Below, piece after piece: positions 61,291 to 64,000 of a stretch of 64,000 nucleotides of DNA. The notes beneath the pieces were generated by a model. That model was not told the origin of the DNA. It ran no database searches and worked only from the letters and a program-made list of their open reading frames with translations. Origin of the DNA: Nymphaea colorata (Eukaryota); the NCBI RefSeq assembly GCF_008831285.2, contig NC_045138.2, positions 17,484,001 through 17,548,000 on the forward strand. The letters are read 5' to 3'. Within the stretch, counting starts at the first letter, position 1. Every line of letters starts with the position of its first letter. The position numbers and the translations under genes were made by a program.

Positions 61291-64000
61291 AGAAAGATAG
61301 AGAAAGCAAAGGGTATTGAGAGAGGGACGAGAAAAGGGGATCTGTTTATGAAGACAAACGCAAGGAAGAAAGGAAAGACTCTCTCTCTCTCATTTCTTTC
61401 TCTACAGGGAAAGTGAGGAAAGAAGGAGGAAAGGAAGCTTCGAGCGGCGAAGAGGCTGCCCGGCTTTAGCGCATCCAACGACGCCCAAGGAAGCCGTGTG
61501 TTGCAGTCGACGAAAAATCTACGTTTCGTTTGCACGCGCTAAAGTCGTGCACGAAGTGTCCTTATAGAGGTGGTGAGCAAGAAATATGACGATGAGTTTG
61601 GAGGAGGTTGATTTGGTTCCACAAACTCATCTTAGATATAATAAGAAAAGTGGCATTTCTTTAGTAGTGTTGTTTGCCTCAAAGGTGAAAAGAGTCCGCT
61701 CACGTTCTTCTTTCTTGTTCCTATTCTTCTAAAATTTGAGAGTTCATTGCTTCTAAATTCTTCAAGAGAAGTATATTTCCCCAACGCACCATTGGTTCTC
61801 TTGTAGTTTCAAAAGAGGGTGAATTATAAAATACTGAAAAATATGTTTTCACATTATACTTTGGAGAATATGGTGTAGACGTAATTCCACAATCCATAAT
61901 GAAGAAACCATGTCTCCACAACAAGACTCTCAAGCCATCTGGCGGGTTTGTGTCCATGGCTTCTATGCTACCTTAAGAGACTCCGTTGATGATAGGAAAA
62001 ACCTTCAGGTTTGGCTGGCTACAGGATCCTTCCTGACAAGTCTCCCCCATTATTAACAGGTCAAGCTTGTCTTCAAGTTGCCTTCGTAACTTCTAGTGGT
62101 AGAAAGTTGGTCGCCTTTCTGTTTACAGACACGAAAGGTCTACGTCTTGACCAAGGAGTACAGTAGTGGGAGGATATCAATGACCTACCTGAAGACACCA
62201 TTCTCCGACAGCGCTTGATGGGTGGTGGCTTGGACAGGTTTCAGAAGATTTTGCTGATTTCTAACAATATGGCAAAGCATCTACGGCAACATCTTTCACA
62301 GGGTGCAAATTCTGCAAAACAACAACCTGCATATGATATTTTGTCTCTTGTAACCCAAGCTATGTAAATCTGGTTCTTTCAACTTTTGGTTTCAACTTGG
62401 TTTGTTTTTTTCCTGGCTCGCTCTAGCTCTTAAGTTAGAGTGACTGCCTATTTTTACTATATATATTTTTGCTATTGAAATAAAAGGTTAAGGGGCCTTT
62501 CTCCCGCAGGGTTGTTGCGGAAGTGTCCTTATAAAAAGAGAAAGTAGAGAGAGAGCCTTTTCTTCTCCTTATTCCTATCCCCTTGCTTGTCTTAATAAAC
62601 AAATTCCCTTTCTTTATATATATATATATATACCCTTCATGTTTCATCTCCTTTCAGATGAATTCGTTCAGATGAATTCGTGGAGATGATTGATTGACTG
62701 AGTAGGGTTTCAATATTTTTTGGAGATTTTTGGTCACTTTAGCCATTTTTGGTTGCTTTCTTCCTTATTAGGGTTTTCCTTTTCGGAGATTTTGATTGAT
62801 TTATCGGGTTTTGTTTTTGTTTTTTTGTGCATTGGCGTCTAAAACTTTAAAAATTACATTTTCTGAATTCAGGAACCTCGCCATATTTCAGCTTGTATAT
62901 CAGTGTCTTATTTTTGCAGCAAGATGATTGATGCCATAGGAATTTGAGATCCGACCACCTATTATGCCGGCCCCGATTTTTGCCCAACCCTTTTGGCTTG
63001 TACTATTTCTATAGGTAATTTTTTTTTGTTATAAACTAATTAAAAGGAAAAATAAAGCTTTTTTTACAAAATGAACATACAAAGAATTTTAATTTACTCT
63101 AGCAGGCCTCATATAATAACTGGATTTAAATGCAAGTTCAAAAAATGTCTCTAGGAGGCGCAGAATCCCCATTAAAAAATATTTGTTATGTTGTGTTACT
63201 TTTAAATTTTTTGCCCTTTTTCTGACTGATATTTTAATTTTTTAATATTTACCTAATTGGTACAACTCAAACCTATTGAAAAGAACAGTTCATTAGTGAA
63301 AGTAATGTTCGGGAATTGAGTATGCAGTTTGATCTCAATTTAGTATAACACATAGTGGGGTGCTTATCATCAACTATTCTTTTTCAATTGGTTTTTTTTT
63401 ACACCAATTTAGAACTCAGGCAAGTTTCCATCGAGAAAGTGTTGATATGGTCAGCATTTCTTCTTTGTTCTTGTTCTTCTTTTGGAGATTTCCGTTTTAG
63501 ATCTTTGCAGAGGCTTTTCTAACCATTGAAGCTATTGAAGACAAGTTGTTTTTTTCTTTGTTGTGCCGAAAAATGTTTCAAATAATTATAGCTTATGCAA
63601 GCACCATATGTTAATGTCTTTTATTTCTATACAAAAAAAAGTATCAAACATAAGCTATAGTTGTTTGATATTTTTTTTATAGAAATAAAAGATATTAACG
63701 TATGTATGGTATTTGCATAAGCCATAATTATTTGAAACATTTTTCTTTGATGCATTCGTTCTTTATTATTTTGCTATGCATTGCAAGATGGTCGCTACTT
63801 AAACCATTTTTATCAGAAGTCGTGCTCATCTTTTGCATGTATTTGAGTAATTTTGCGTATCTTTCTTCTCAGTAGTGCAACTAGCGTGTCAACCATGTCA
63901 CTGGCACTGGCTTCTTTGGGTTCTACGAGTTGCTTTAGTTGTGCGACACAAGAAAAAGAAAAAAACAACTTGTCTTTGATAGCCTCAATGCAGTGGAGGA

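Noticed and set aside
61721..61957. 78-aa ATG ORF (MDTNPPDG...)
   Set aside because: No recognisable motif or supporting exon structure.

Overview
Plant (angiosperm) nuclear DNA. All host genes are on the minus strand: (i) the 5' end of an unidentified gene running off the left edge (open frame 466..1); (ii) a complete 23-exon importin-11/KA120-like gene (30453..3703, about 1015 aa), whose last intron holds a very young antisense Ty1/copia LTR retrotransposon (4179..9525, apparently identical 228-bp LTRs, GCAAG target-site duplication); (iii) a 4-exon DJ-1E/YLS5-like gene (34300..32188); (iv) a 2-exon 3-ketoacyl-CoA synthase, KCS11/2/20-like (43806..40208). The copia gag-pol and the KCS gene are each broken by one missing base in a short G/C run, possibly a consensus error. 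Introns and intergenic DNA carry several non-autonomous hAT-type elements (8-bp TSDs) and MITEs. The most unusual part is the gene-free 47-63 kb interval. Within an old local duplication it holds five adjacent or nested fold-back (inverted-repeat) structures of graded age. One is a ~97% identical inverted duplication of the 5' end of a PUB38/39/40-type U-box gene, and one is a perfect 267-bp-arm palindrome. Two of the spacers show short templated insertions. This looks like a hotspot that repeatedly makes hairpin-RNA (siRNA/proto-miRNA) loci from gene fragments; that is inference and needs small-RNA and raw-read checks. All alignments and identities were read by eye.
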